Assembly: GCF_001194135.2 (NCBI RefSeq)
Contig: NC_068982.1
Location: 184,213,192-184,277,191 of the forward strand
Length of the DNA: 64,000 bases
Source of the DNA: Octopus bimaculoides
Lineage: Eukaryota
Reading direction: 5' to 3'
Under the pieces are notes generated by a model. That model was not told where the DNA came from and did no database searches. It saw only the letters and a list, made by a program, of their open reading frames with translations. Numbering within the stretch: position 1 is the stretch's first letter; each line of letters begins with the position of its first letter. Below are positions 45,504 through 59,140 of this stretch, piece by piece. The position numbers and the translations under genes are program-made.

Positions 45504-47956
45504 CAGTGATAAGAATTATGACAATGCTTTCGACACAGAATAGTAGTAGTAGTAGTAGTAGTAGCAGGAGGAGGAAGAGGAGGAGGAGGAGGAGGAGGAG
45601 GAGGTATATTTCACCTCAATATTAGAATTTTTCAATCACGTGAGAAATAGCAATGTTAGCTTCGGCGTGAATTGAACTCAGAACATAAATGTATATAACT
45701 AAATGGTAAACCGCATGTTATCATACCAGCGTTCAGAATAGTTATTTCTGTATTTGCCACGAGGGAATCTGATGAGATGGCATTACATGGACAATGATGA
45801 TGGTTTGCGTGGAATAGATTATGAAAAGATGAAAAATAAGAGCGTAAAACTAAATGTAAAACGCCCTGCGCTGGTCCCAGTCAAGGAACCTCAATGGTCC
45901 CAGAGAATCCTAATTACCAAGAACAAAATATCTTTCTAGTTGTGTTCCCTAGTTTTTTGGTGTATGCCGAGTGTAGGCCTATCCCCCGAGTCATCTTGGC
46001 ACTATTATAGGCCCTAGGGTAAACCAATGCACTGGGCCCATAGTATTTATTTTATGTATACCAACATCATTATTGGTCTCCTAGACCTTTGTGGTCCCTG
46101 GGCAACATCCAAGTGTGCCCATATCGTAAGACGGCATTGCTGTTTCCCTGAGCCTGGCTCGCTTCACATTTTAGTAAATTCACTGGAGGCTGAGCCGGTG
46201 CTTCACACTTAGCAAAGTAAGCGAACCCCTAAAGCGCTGAAATTTTGGTGCACCCATATAAGTGCTGGACAACATAGACATAATTTCTAAGACATGATCC
46301 AATAAAAAACATGAAAAATTAGTTTAAAAAAAGGTGAGGTCATTCTTAGAATGGAGGAGCAGAGACAAGGATTATGAAGGATAGTCAAAAGGACCATGTG
46401 TTGTTATGACCTGTCACGTGATTTGGCTTGAAACATTTTAAATTTCTCCAGATAGTACATTTACTCTGTGATACACATTGATCATACAATTATAGAGTTC
46501 TTCTTTGCAAGTTAATTATAATTTTGGGGTTATGATTTGCGGGAGCTTTAGAAAAAAGTTAGAGAGGACTGTACTGTTTAGTCCTGGGAGAAGGTACACA
46601 TTGCAGGGGCTAGCCTAGACTGCTGAATACCATCGTACAAGCTTTAATTGGAGGGTAGCATCTTCTTCACCCTCAACAGCTGTATCGCCACATGTCAGTA
46701 AATGCTCGGGCACTGTAAGAGATCGTGTATCCACGAGAGTGGGGAAGTCTTGTTGTCGTGGGTGTATGTACTTTGAAAGTGTCTCTGAGGTGTAAGTAAA
46801 GCAAAATGAAAATATAAGACTTTAATTTACTGAAAGTTACATTATCATCAACTGATAGATTGCAGCGATAGTAATTTTCAGGAATATTTATAACAGTACT
46901 GTCAGTAATTACGGAAACTCGTGGAAATTCAAGGACTGGGTGATGAACAAGCATAGAAAATGATAGCAAAGGGACTCATTATCTTGCTTGAACAAGCCAA
47001 GCTTGCAGCCTCTTCCAAAATAATGTGTCTGTCTGCACACTTTTACAACAGGCATCTTCTCTGGCAAGCCTTTTGGTCAGTTTCACAGATATATCAAGCA
47101 GCTGTTCTGAGGTATTGTAATAATGAAGAGCCATGTTTATTGAGCAAATCGCTGACATATATCAATAGGTTATTTAAATTTCTCATTTAAAAGTAATTTC
47201 TTCAAAATGCTGGTATACGGTTTCCAATATTACGTAAGACATAAAATTATATATTTTCCACGTTTTTACATTTAAATTCATATGTAATTAATTATATAAA
47301 ATTAGATTTCTTCAAAGTATTCTACCAGTATTTTAACAATACCTGGAAACAAATTTCACAAAAAATATACACACAGTATACACTCAAACATTCATTATCA
47401 AAGTTTCTCATTAAAAATATTATCGTCAAAAAGTTGGTACGCAGTTTCAAGTACCAGGGAAGATGAAAAGTAATTCTTTGACTGTTTCACGTCTAAATTT
47501 GTTTATACTAATAAAATATTCTGTTATTATATCCTATGAATCGGACTGTTAATTTTTATTAAATTGAAATATATTCAAACATTATAAAAATTAACCGTCC
47601 GATTTATAGAACATAAAATCTGAATATTTTAGAAATATGCAAATTTAAAGGTGAAACAATATATTTGAAAACGAGTGTTAATTTTTTGATGATTTCACCA
47701 TTTTGATGTGCAATTTCAATAACGGCAGCTTTACAAGTATATACTGTGGGGGCGGGGAGTGCATATACGTATATACATACATATTTATAAATATAAATAT
47801 AAATATATATATATGTATGTATGAANNNNNNNNNNNNNNNNNNNNNNNNNNNNNNNNNNNNNNNNNNNNNNNNNNATATATATATATATATATAAATACA
47901 TATGTATGTACATATCATGAGAGTTGAGGGAGATTGTGTGTTTGTGTGTGTGTGTT

Positions 47957-47993
<37 letters not shown>

Positions 47994-48751
47994 AAGAAAG
48001 AGGGAGAGAGACAAATTTAGAAAAGAATAAAGGGAAAGTAGGACAGAATCTGACGTGATACACTGATAACGTTTCTCTACCTCACACTAACACTCCTATT
48101 CAGCAACTACCTCATTACAACTTTCAGCTCTTCTACATCTTTTTCTTGACTCATCTCTATTTCACACCAACCATTCCACGAAACTGGGTCCTTTTTATAT
48201 ACATAACTTTTATTTGCATTTACATATGAATATATATATAGATACATACATAAAACACAACACACACACATAACCTCATACAAACATGCACACTCACTTA
48301 CGCACACGCGCACGCACACGCACACGCGCACGCACACGCACACGCACACACACACACAAAATGATAATCGATCCTACTGTCGAGTCAAATATTCTATGGA
48401 CACTGACTTAAAAGTTTTGCCAGCAGTTGGCTTTGTCACACAGCAAAATGTAGTCAGGTTTTATAGGATGTTTCTGACGCTGCGCGGATATGGTAGATGA
48501 TCGGCGGAGACCGTCCTAGTAATTGAAATGTAAGAGTTAGGGCTGGTAATTGCATAATTAGTAACTATGTTGTACATATTTAAATAAAGAGGAATATGTA
48601 CGCACACATGTACATACATCTATACATAGAAATACATATACTTACCCAAATGTATATATATCTGTACATATATAAGCAAGCACACATCCACACACATCCA
48701 CACACATAAATACATACATTCAGAATGTCTATAATATAATCATTTCTACCA

Positions 48752-48946
48752 GAGACACAAAGCCTAAAATTTTGTGGGTAGGGGCTAATTCAATCACGTC
48801 GATCTCAGTACTCAACTGATATTTATTTCATCGACACCGAAAGATGGAAGGCAAAGTCAACCTTGACGGAATTTGAATTCAGTGCGTAAAGAGAGACGAA
48901 ATGCTGCTAAGCGTTTTGTTCGGCGTGTTAACGTTTCTGCCAGTCT
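48752..48946 (-). mobile_element. SINE family A copy
   Basis: GGAATTTGAATTCAG...GACGAAATGCTGCTAAGC...CGTTTCTGCCAG, reverse complement of the family A head. Confidence 0.75.
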
Positions 48947-49129
48947 TACTATATTATGATATGATATAATGTAATATAATATAACATAATATAATATAAA
49001 GTAATGTAATATATAATATAATATAATATAATATAATATAATATAATATGTATACATACGTACATACACAAGCGTACTGATAATTACTTATATCTCTCAA
49101 AGATGTACATATATACATAAGCGCGCGCG

Positions 49130-49212
<83 letters not shown>

Positions 49213-49399
49213 TAATTATAGTACAAGAGTGGTATGTATATGTAGTAGTGTGTCTATACACATTAAAAAACGGAAAACAAACCGCAAGTAGGTGTGCACA
49301 GATACACTCGTAAATTGAAAATTGTTGGGTATAAGCAATGTTTATCACTTTGTGAAATTTATTGGTTCATAATAATGATTCAACATTCTGTGTTTTTTA

Positions 49400-50880
49400 T
49401 GTTTGTATGGAGGTATTTGTTCATACTATTTATTTTAAAGTTTTTGCTTTGAAAACAGCATTTCGAAGGACTCATTAATACATAGCTGACATGGTTTATT
49501 GCTGTATTGGTATAGTTTAGCTTTTGAAAGGATTTTCCAAGAAATGTTGTATGAAATACTAAAGGATTTTAAAGATCATATCTACTGTGGTTAATATATT
49601 GTAGATGTTTTTATTTGATTTCTTGAAAGAGATTTAATGCGGAATAAATCGATTTTTAAAGAAGTTCGCAGTTAGCGTTGAGTGGGAGAAAGATGGAAGA
49701 TGATGTTGGGGAAAAGAAGAAGTGGTTTGAGTTAGAGGGTTTGCTTTAACTCTTGCGCTACGTATTTATTCTTTTGCTAAATATTTTTCTTTGTATAGGG
49801 CATTTGTTTCTGTTTGTACAATTGCAATTTGGAGCATTCATATTGATGTATTAGGAATATATAATCTTTTTAAATGCAGCGAAAAGATGAGAGATGTTTG
49901 GAGCAGTTGAGTATAAGATTTCTGTATTTTTGTTAATCAGTTTATGATATCTATACTCAGAAGTAAATTGTTAGTTTATTAGCTTGGAAATACTTTTAGC
50001 ACTATGGGTTGACAGGTGGGTTATACCATTCTATATTTTTGCTTTTGTTTCTGCGTTTGGTAGGTGTATTTTCTGTATTGGAGTAGTAATTCAGCTTTTC
50101 TGTAAAACTGCTTTCTTTACGAGTCATTTTACTGATGGTAAAATAAAAATATCCAGAATTTCCAAATAATTCTCATTTGAGAACAATTTGGGAATTTTAA
50201 TTGATATTCTACGGACTAGATTGTCGATGCTTTGAGGGTAGCTTTGTGCATATTTTAGTACTCAATTGTCTTTTGTAATAGTAGGTTGAATTTTAATAAA
50301 TTGATAGATTTCGGAGTATCTCGACCAGAATCACAAAACCTAGTTTCCGAAAAACATTTATAGAAATCCTTTCTCGATTAATTGGTTATCGTCCTATGAA
50401 TTTCCGGAGATTGATGAGGCTGTCGTCCTTGTATAAACCATTAGATATGAACGGGACTTTGTCATGTAGGAGATTTAATACATATAAACCGACAAGTTCG
50501 TTTATATCGGCTGAAGTTTTGATATTATAGTGCTATCTTATCTTCTTTTCTTGTTTTTTTTTAAATTTTATAGAGCAGTGTTTTAATAAAGTAGAATGCG
50601 GATTTTCGTGCTTTGAAGAACGTTTCAATAATCGTTGGCTTTATGGGGTGATGGTATTTGCAAAATTAATGGCATCTTTACATATGGATTTCGTAATTGA
50701 CGGTTAAAAAGTCACAGATAACGAATTGGAAACAACAATAATATTTTGTGTTATTTTGAATGGAGTGAAACCAATTGATGATAGTTGTTGAACGGTTCTA
50801 AGGTGGTTGAGAGGCCATTTAATATGGGGATTAAAAAAAATCAATAATTGATTTGCAATTTCGCTATCAGCTCTTAATAG
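49400..50880 (-). mobile_element. Decayed Penelope-like element (RT + GIY-YIG; Naiad/Chlamys-type motifs)
   Basis: Minus-strand fragments in order: IINWFHSIQ..VICDF*PSIT, ELVGLYVL (50476-50499), GLYKDDSL (50416-50439), KNIEWYNPP, YHKLINKNT.ILYS, and an endonuclease segment TANFFKNRF..H..SF..SWKILSKA...CQLCINE (49471-49491). Confidence 0.8.
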
Positions 50881-51254
50881 GTTAATGAGTGTGTTTAATG
50901 TGTGTATGTGTGTCAATGAATACAAATGAATTCTATACTTACACTTACATATATGCATATATATATATGTGTACGAGTGTACATAGACACACACACACAC
51001 ACACACCTACACACACACACACCTATACATATACACAGAAGTTTGGCGGTATGAACGAGAAAAAGAACTCAATATGTAAAGTAGAGCTTGTGTATAAATT
51101 TATTAGCTGTAAAGAACGCTACATAAGTCAGAGGTGCAAGGCACATTTGTTTGTACGAAACTCCTTCCCTCTGAATCACTTATGTAGTTTTACAGACCTC
51201 TCTCGCTCTACCCATCTCTGACTGAATGTGTGTGTGTACATTATTTTATTAGTT

Positions 51255-51440
51255 ACCTTTGACTTGTTTCAGTCATCAGACGGCGGCCATGCTGGAGTAT
51301 CGCCTTGAGGAATATTAGTCGAACGAATTATTTTTTAAGCCTGGTACATATTCAATCGTACTCTTTTGCTGTTTTACTGAACCGCTATTTATGGGGGCGT
51401 AAACACACCAACACGGGTTAGCAAACGGTGGCCATACACA
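51255..51440 (-). mobile_element. SINE family C 3' half
   Basis: GACTTGTTTCAGTCATCAGACGGCGGCCATGCTGGAG...CGTAAACACACCAACACGG. Confidence 0.7.
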
Positions 51441-51478
51441 CACACACACACACACACATGCATATAATATACATTCCT

Positions 51479-51513
<35 letters not shown>

Positions 51514-52020
51514 GGAGGGAGAATGTACGAAAAAACAACAACAGACGAGGGCAGGTGGTGTAAACAACAAAAGGATATATATATATATGTATNNNNNNNN
51601 NNNNNNNNNNNNNNNNNNNNNNNNNNNNNNNNNNNNNNNNNNNNNNNNNNNNNNNNNNNNNNNNNNNNNNNNNNNNNNNNNNNNNNNNNNNNNNNNNNNN
51701 NNNNNNNNNNNNNNNNNNNNNNNNNNNNNNNNNNNNNNNNNNNNNNNNNNNNNNNNNNNNNNNNNNNNNNNNNNNNNNNNNNNNNNNNNNNNNNNNNNNN
51801 NNNNNNNNNNNNNNNNNNNNNNNNNNNNNNNNNNNNNNNNNNNNNNNNNNNNNNNNNNNNNNNNNNNNNNNNNNNNNNNNNNNNNNNNNNNNNNNNNNNN
51901 NNNNNNNNNNNNNNNNNNNNNNNNNNNNNNNNNNNNNNNNNNNNNNNNNNNNNNNNNNNNNNNNNNNNNNNNNNNNNNNNNNNNNNNNNNNNNNNNNNNN
52001 NNNNNNNNNNNNNNNNNNNN

Positions 52021-52052
<32 letters not shown>

Positions 52053-53649
52053 AATAGTTAAACAAGAGAGGTGGCAGTTAGGCGACATTGTCATCATAAC
52101 AAGATAATGACTGATGGATGTTAGACAGGACGGTGTCCGCAATGGCGGCAACGGTGGCGCATGCGCAGCTCAAGTAAAAGAGATGGTGGATCGGAGTCGG
52201 TGTGGTGGCGTTGATGGTGGTCGAAGGCGATATACTGGTGATATTGGTGTTGGCAGAAGCAAGGGTTTAGTATCGAGGAAGGGGCTGTTGTTGTTGTTGT
52301 TGTTGTTAGTGGTGGTTCTGGTGATAGTGGTGGTACTGATGGGAGTAGTGGAGCTGGTGGTAGTTATGGTGCTGGCAGTAGTAGCGGTGGTGTTGATGGT
52401 GGGGGTACTGGTGGTAGTGGTGGGAATGATAGTACTGGTGGTAGTGGTGGGAGTGATAGTACTGGTGGGAGTAGTGGTACGCGTGCTAATAGTAGTGGTG
52501 GTGGTGGTGGTGGTGGTGATTTAGAGGATTGTTGTTGTTGCTGTTGTCATTTGGTTGCGGNNNNNNNNNNNNNNNNNNNNNNNNNNNNNNNNNNNNNNNN
52601 NNNNNNNNNNNNNNNNNNNNNNNNNNNNNNNNNNNNNNNNNNNNNNNNNNNNNNNNNNNNNNNNNNNNNNNNNNNNNNNNNNNNNNNNNNNNNNNNNNNN
52701 NNNNNNNNNNNNNNNNNNNNNNNNNNNNNNNNNNNNNNNNNNNNNNNNNNNNNNNNNNNNNNNNNNNNNNNNNNNNNNNNNNNNNNNNNNNNNNNNNNNN
52801 NNNNNNNNNNNNNNNNNNNNNNNNNNNNNNNNNNNNNNNNNNNNNNNNNNNNNNNNNNNNNNNNNNNNNNNNNNNNNNNNNNNNNNNNNNNNNNNNNNNN
52901 NNNNNNNNNNNNNNNNNNNNNNNNNNNNNNNNNNNNNNNNNNNNNNNNNNNNNNNNNNNNNNNNNNNNNNNNNNNNNNNNNNNNNNNNNNNNNNNNNNNN
53001 NNNNNNNNNNNNNNNNNNNNNNNNNNNNNNNNNNNNNNNNNNNNNNNNNNNNNNNNNNNNNNNNNNNNNNNNNNNNNNNNNNNNNNNNNNNNNNNNNNNN
53101 NNNNNNNNNNNNNNNNNNNNNNNNNNNNNNNNNNNNNNNNNNNNNNNNNNNNNNNNNNNNNNNNNNNNNNNNNNNNNNNNNNNNNNNNNNNNNNNNNNTA
53201 TATATATATAAATATATATATATATGTATAGTGAGAGAAAGGAAGAAAGAGAGAGAGAGAGAGAGCGGGGAAAGGAGGATGAGGAGGGAGTGAAGGAGGA
53301 GTATATTTATGGGAAGATAGATAAGAATGGTTAGAATGACGTGGTGTACGGGTGGGTGATGTAGTATGTAATTAATTAGTGTCTACTTTGTTATGCCAAC
53401 ATCACTTACATCTTCTTTGATGACTGGCCCACTAACACATCACACACACACACACACACACACACATCACACACCACAAGCGCACACATACATATTTATT
53501 CATATACATTTGTGTAAGTGTGTATGTAAATGCATGTGTATGTGTACTGTCTATATTTGTGCGAAAGTGTGTATGTAAATAGTCATCGTCTTTTATACAT
53601 ACCAAGAGAAAACAGCGGTCGAGCTTATAAAGTAGCGAATAGAATCAGG

Positions 53650-53705
<56 letters not shown>

Positions 53706-54220
53706 GTATGTATGTATGTATGTGTGTATGTATGTGTGTAATATATCAGAGACAGAGAGCGAGAGAGGGAGACAGAGATGGCGTAGGATAGAGAGGGAGG
53801 GAGATGTGTGCGTGTGTGTGCATGTGTACATGAATGTGGGTAAGAGATGAAAAAGACGTACATGTACATACATGCATATAGATTTATGTGTGTATGTTTG
53901 TATCTATGCACATATCACGTATTTATTGAGATATTTATACATTATAATGATATACATTTCTTGTGAAGCGATCCTCACATGAGAAAATAATGACATAAAT
54001 ATATCATAAATTATATATTACATACATCTTTAACAGACCTGCACAAAGAATGATTCTTTGCTGTACACCTCAACCCTACCATCCACTGCAGCTGCCTAAA
54101 CTGCTAAGTCTAACTTTGTCTTCTCCCTCCCTCTATCTGTCTTATCCCATGTCTCTTTTTTCCCTTCCTATCTCTTTTCCCTGTTCTATCTCTCTCCTTT
54201 TCTATTCCCCCTTCTCTCTC

Positions 54221-54265
<45 letters not shown>

Positions 54266-54448
54266 CTTCATCAAGCTATGGCGCTTGCAATGTCTTTTTA
54301 TACACATACACGAAATAAGGCCATGTTCGTATTTATTCCATCGTAAATTTCATGGGACGAGGAAGATATCTTCGTGATTGTGGATGGTTGTCTTGCGTGT
54401 GATGAGTCTAATGTGGAATGGACTCTAGTATCTTTACGCGCGCGCGCT

Positions 54449-54517
<69 letters not shown>

Positions 54518-54532
54518 ATTCATATATTCATA

Positions 54533-55409
54533 TACAGTGTTCGGGCTAAAATTTACATTATGTATAAAAGGAAAAGAAAATACTAAATCCTATCCAAAAT
54601 TAAAGTGTTTTTTTGTAAAGTCAAAATATATAAACTAGATCATGATAGCAGTTTATTCAAAGTAGCTGCCCTCAGCTTCCACCACGGCTTCAAGACGGTT
54701 CCGGAAACTGGTGCATGCGTTCCTCACTATGTCGCTGGGAAGATCTTCGAACAACTCCTTGATCTTGGCCTCCAGTTTGGCCTTACTATTGTAGTCAGAG
54801 CGGTTCGTGTCTTTCTCAAATGCGCTTCACACATTGTAATCCAAGGAATTACAGTCGAAGAAATTAGAAGACCTGAAACTGACCCTCATGAAGTCGTAGA
54901 AATTTTCCGACAACCACTTCTGACTCTTTCCGTAGATATGGCAAGGAGCCAAATCCTGATGCCACACATATGGCCTTGCAGCAGCAACCCTCTCCAGCTT
55001 GAGATTGGCCAAATGTCTCCTGCATCTTCAATTGAACCTAAGAACATGTTTAAAGATGTGGAGTCGAGTTTTGGTGTGTGGACGCAGTAAGGATGTCTGC
55101 TTTGTCCTTTTCCGTTGGCCACGGCTTCGTTGTCTCCTGTCCGTGCCACGTCTGACATACTTTACAGTGTTCACAGAGCATAAAGCAGCAGTCATAGTAT
55201 CAACATTTGATACCCGGCACAAATCATCATGGTACTCGTAACTCTTTTCTAATACTCTGTTCGTTTCCATTCCTCCATGTCAGTTAACTTTTTCCAACTA
55301 CAACTTTAGTCTTTATGCTCTCCAACACCGTTGACTATTCACCAATACATCAAACTGTGCCTGGAAAAAGGAGACGAAGAAAGATTGTCAAATTCAACCC
55401 GAACATGTA
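54533..55409 (-). mobile_element. Internally deleted maT (DD37D) transposon with both TIRs
   Basis: WHQDLAPCH...DCNSLDY with 37 residues between the Asp residues; C-terminus FRNRLEAVVEAEGSYFE*. TIRs TACAGTGTTCGGGCTAAAATTTACATT (54533-54559) and ATTGTCAAATTCAACCCGAACATGTA (55384-55409). Confidence 0.85.
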
Positions 55410-55458
55410 TGAAAACACGCACGTGCATATACACACAAATACAACACGCACGCATTGT

Positions 55459-55840
55459 TGTTGGCACTCCGTCGCTTACGACGTCGAGGGTTCCAGTTGA
55501 TCTGATCAACGGAACAGCCTGCCCGTGAAATTAACGTGCAAGTGGCTGAGCACTCCACAGACACGTGTACCCTTAACGTAGTTCTCGGGGATATTCAGCA
55601 TGACACAGTGTGACAAGGCTGACCCTTTGAATTACAGGCACAACAGAAACAGGAAGTAAGAGTGAGAGAAAGTTGTGGTGAAAGAATACAGCAGGGTTCA
55701 CCACCATCCCCTGCCGGAGCCTCGTGGAGCTTTAGGTGTTTTCGCTCAATAAACACTCACAATGCCCGGTCTGGGAATCGAAACCGCGATCCCATGACCG
55801 CGAGTCTGCTGCCCTAACCACTGGGTCATTGCGCCTCCAC
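55459..55840 (-). mobile_element. Young full-length SINE (family B) with perfect 12-bp TSD
   Basis: 18 substitutions and no indels versus 28672-29051 (manual count); TSD CGCACGCATTGT at 55447-55458 and 55841-55852. Confidence 0.9.
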
Positions 55841-56351
55841 CGCACGCATTGTACACAGACTAATACACACATTCACGCAATCACGTTCATTCTCCACACA
55901 AATACATTCCAGCAATCACTGGAGCCAACAATCAAGGAGATCCAGCAGTGAGTAGACTGAGGAAACTCTGGTCTAAGACTGACCCCCAGAGTGACTTCTT
56001 TATCGTCACGGCTAGACTGTGACCTGAGTCCGATTCTGGTGTGGCTCGTTTCCACCCTTTCCTTGAAGCCCTAAGCACGTGCATAGATTTTTTAATGGTT
56101 AATCCAGTGCTGCCTCAAACTATATATAAAAATGATACAGACTTAGATTGTGTTTTCCGAATATTAGAAATATTTAGTTGGAAGAGAGTCAGCTGTGCCG
56201 GTTCTAGTATTGTGTATTCGTTTTCAAGAGAGTGAGAAGACTGGAGTAACATGAAGTGAGACACCTTGCACAAGGATACGACGCGTTGCCCGGTCAAAGA
56301 ATCAAACACACGAACTTATGATCCTAAATCCAACACCGTAACCATAGAACT

Positions 56352-56513
56352 CGCAGTGGCTGTGTGGTAAGAAGTTTGCTTCCCAAACCCCATGGTTCCG
56401 GGTTCAGTCCCACTGCGTGACATCTTGGGCAAGTGTCTTCTACTATAGCCTCGGGCCGACCAAAGCCTCTGTGTGTGTGTGTGTGTGTCCCACCATCGCT
56501 TTACAATCGATGT
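56352..56513 (+). mobile_element. SINE family C (head plus start of tail, cut by gap)
   Basis: GTGGCTGTGTGGTAAGAAGTTTGCTTCCC...GGTTCCGGGTTCAGTCCCACTGCG. Confidence 0.8.
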
Positions 56514-58170
56514 NNNNNNNNNNNNNNNNNNNNNNNNNNNNNNNNNNNNNNNNNNNNNNNNNNNNNNNNNNNNNNNNNNNNNNNNNNNNNNNNNNNNNNN
56601 NNNNNNNNNNNNNNNNNNNNNNNNNNNNNNNNNNNNNNNNNNNNNNNNNNNNNNNNNNNNNNNNNNNNNNNNNNNNNNNNNNNNNNNNNNNNNNNNNNNN
56701 NNNNNNNNNNNNNNNNNNNNNNNNNNNNNNNNNNNNNNNNNNNNNNNNNNNNNNNNNNNNNNNNNNNNNNNNNNNNNNNNNNNNNNNNNNNNNNNATATA
56801 TATAGATAGATAGATAGATATAGATAGATAAATAGATGCATACATATATTTAAAAAATATTTTTGTATTTGTTTTGCAGCATTCTTCATGTGAAGTGGTA
56901 TGTTGAAAGTAGATATTGTGCTTTGTTAATTGTATATTGTCAATAAAACACATAAGGGGCACATCATCGTCGATAACGTCTCACTGCGTGATACTGAACT
57001 TTGGCAAGTCAATTAATCAATTTATTTATTCATTTATTTATTTATTATCTAATTATCTAATCAATTGATAAAAGAACAAGTGGAATACAACTATACAACT
57101 ACATGTGATTTAATTGGTAGCATGACTCTTCCAAAATAATATATATATATCATTATGAATGACGGCAGAAGTATTAGCTCAAAATAGCAATCTGTATATC
57201 ATACTTTAAGCAGATATATTGTAGAAAGCCTGCTAAGCTGCAACACTTGTCTCGACGAAGCATCTCTTATAGACGCAGTGTTAAAAACATAAATATATCA
57301 AAAGCAGACAAAAATCTTCCAGCAGCGATGGATAGCAACACGGATAGCAATGTCACCGGAGTAGCAAAAGGAACTACAAGGGAGAGGAAGCGGGTATTTT
57401 ATAAATAATGCGCCATACCAAAACATGTGCGCAATAAACCTAGATACTATTTTGTGGGAAGTGAAAACAGTGCTTAGACAGTTTGAATCTGAATACATCT
57501 GAGACGAAAATACGCGTATATGTTTGGTGCATAAATAGGCACGTAAATACGTCTCCTCTCTTTTCTCAGAGTCAATAATTTTAGAAACGTTAGCACGCCA
57601 TTCACATTTGAAACATCTGTTCTTTGCACAAGTTCCTTTTCAAGGCACTTATTGTCGTGGAAGTTCAATTGTTCCGTTTCCGCAGTTGCTCAGCGTCCGG
57701 ACATTGTTGACTTTGCGGAAATTATCTCGAACAGTTAGAATTGTGCGCAGGGTGGCGGTAGAGAGAGAATTATTGCTTTCCAGTAAATTTGCTGAAAGGT
57801 GTGCGACAGCGGCATGAATGTTACTTTTCGCCGGGGAACACGGCTAGGAGAAAGATCTTACACTTGGTAGTAAGGATTTTTTAAAACTTCCTTGTTGGGT
57901 CTAGAGGAAGTAACGGGCTCATAATCGTTGCAGGCCCTCAAAGCCTAGTGAAATTGGTTCCGTTAACCTTTCTAGGTATTTTGTATTATATTCCCACCCG
58001 TATACACATTTGTACATTTACGTACATCTCCATATGTTTTGTAGTTTCTTTTGTAGGACATTATCTATGTAGCCCATGAGGGTATGTAGTAGTGGTAGTG
58101 GTAGTAGTAGTAGTAATAGTAGTAGTAGTAGTAATAGTAGTGGTAGTAGTAGTAGTAGTAGTAGTAGTAG

Positions 58171-58209
<39 letters not shown>

Positions 58210-58315
58210 ATTTCACCAGGCGTGTCCATGTATACTACCATATAATTGATTCATATTACCTTACATCTCTCTATCTCTCTTTCCATATATACACCCACTC
58301 CACACGTATATGGAC

Positions 58316-58377
<62 letters not shown>

Positions 58378-58502
58378 AGATGTGTGTGTGTATGTATGTA
58401 TATATACACACACACACACTCACATACATATATGTGAGTGTGTATATATGCATATATATGTGCGTATGTGTGTGTGTGTGTGTGTGTATGTATGTGTCTA
58501 TA

Positions 58503-58601
<99 letters not shown>

Positions 58602-59105
58602 AAATATATATATATATATACCAAATATATATTACCATTAAATAACAAAGCTATTCGACGCTAGATACCTTAAACAAACAAACAAAAGAAGTATATAAAA
58701 GAAAAACTGTGTGAAGAAAAACTTGGCTTCAAATCTTGCATTGTTATGAATTTTCCAGCAGTATTCTACGGTCTAATGATTCTTAATAGACATTCACCAT
58801 ACCTGGTCGGGTTTGATAACGATATGGTCGCCTCTTTTGTGCTGTACACGAATATAAGGACATCTATTAGTTATAATTGAGTTATCTATACCAAGAATAG
58901 CTAGCATACATACCTGTGTTACTGTTATTGTTGTTGTTGCTGTTGCTGATGATGATAATGATGTTGTTGATGTTGATGTTTAGTCTCGGTTTTATCATGC
59001 TAGGCATATGAACAAAGCCATACCAGTCATGACCATCCTGTCTTAATTACAGGTAGCGGCTACCCTGGACGACATTAATGCGTTTCTTACTTTGAGACTA
59101 TAGGG

Positions 59106-59140
<35 letters not shown>

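Noticed and set aside
54605-55090. 161-aa plus-strand ORF
   Set aside because: Antisense to the maT transposase; a shadow ORF.
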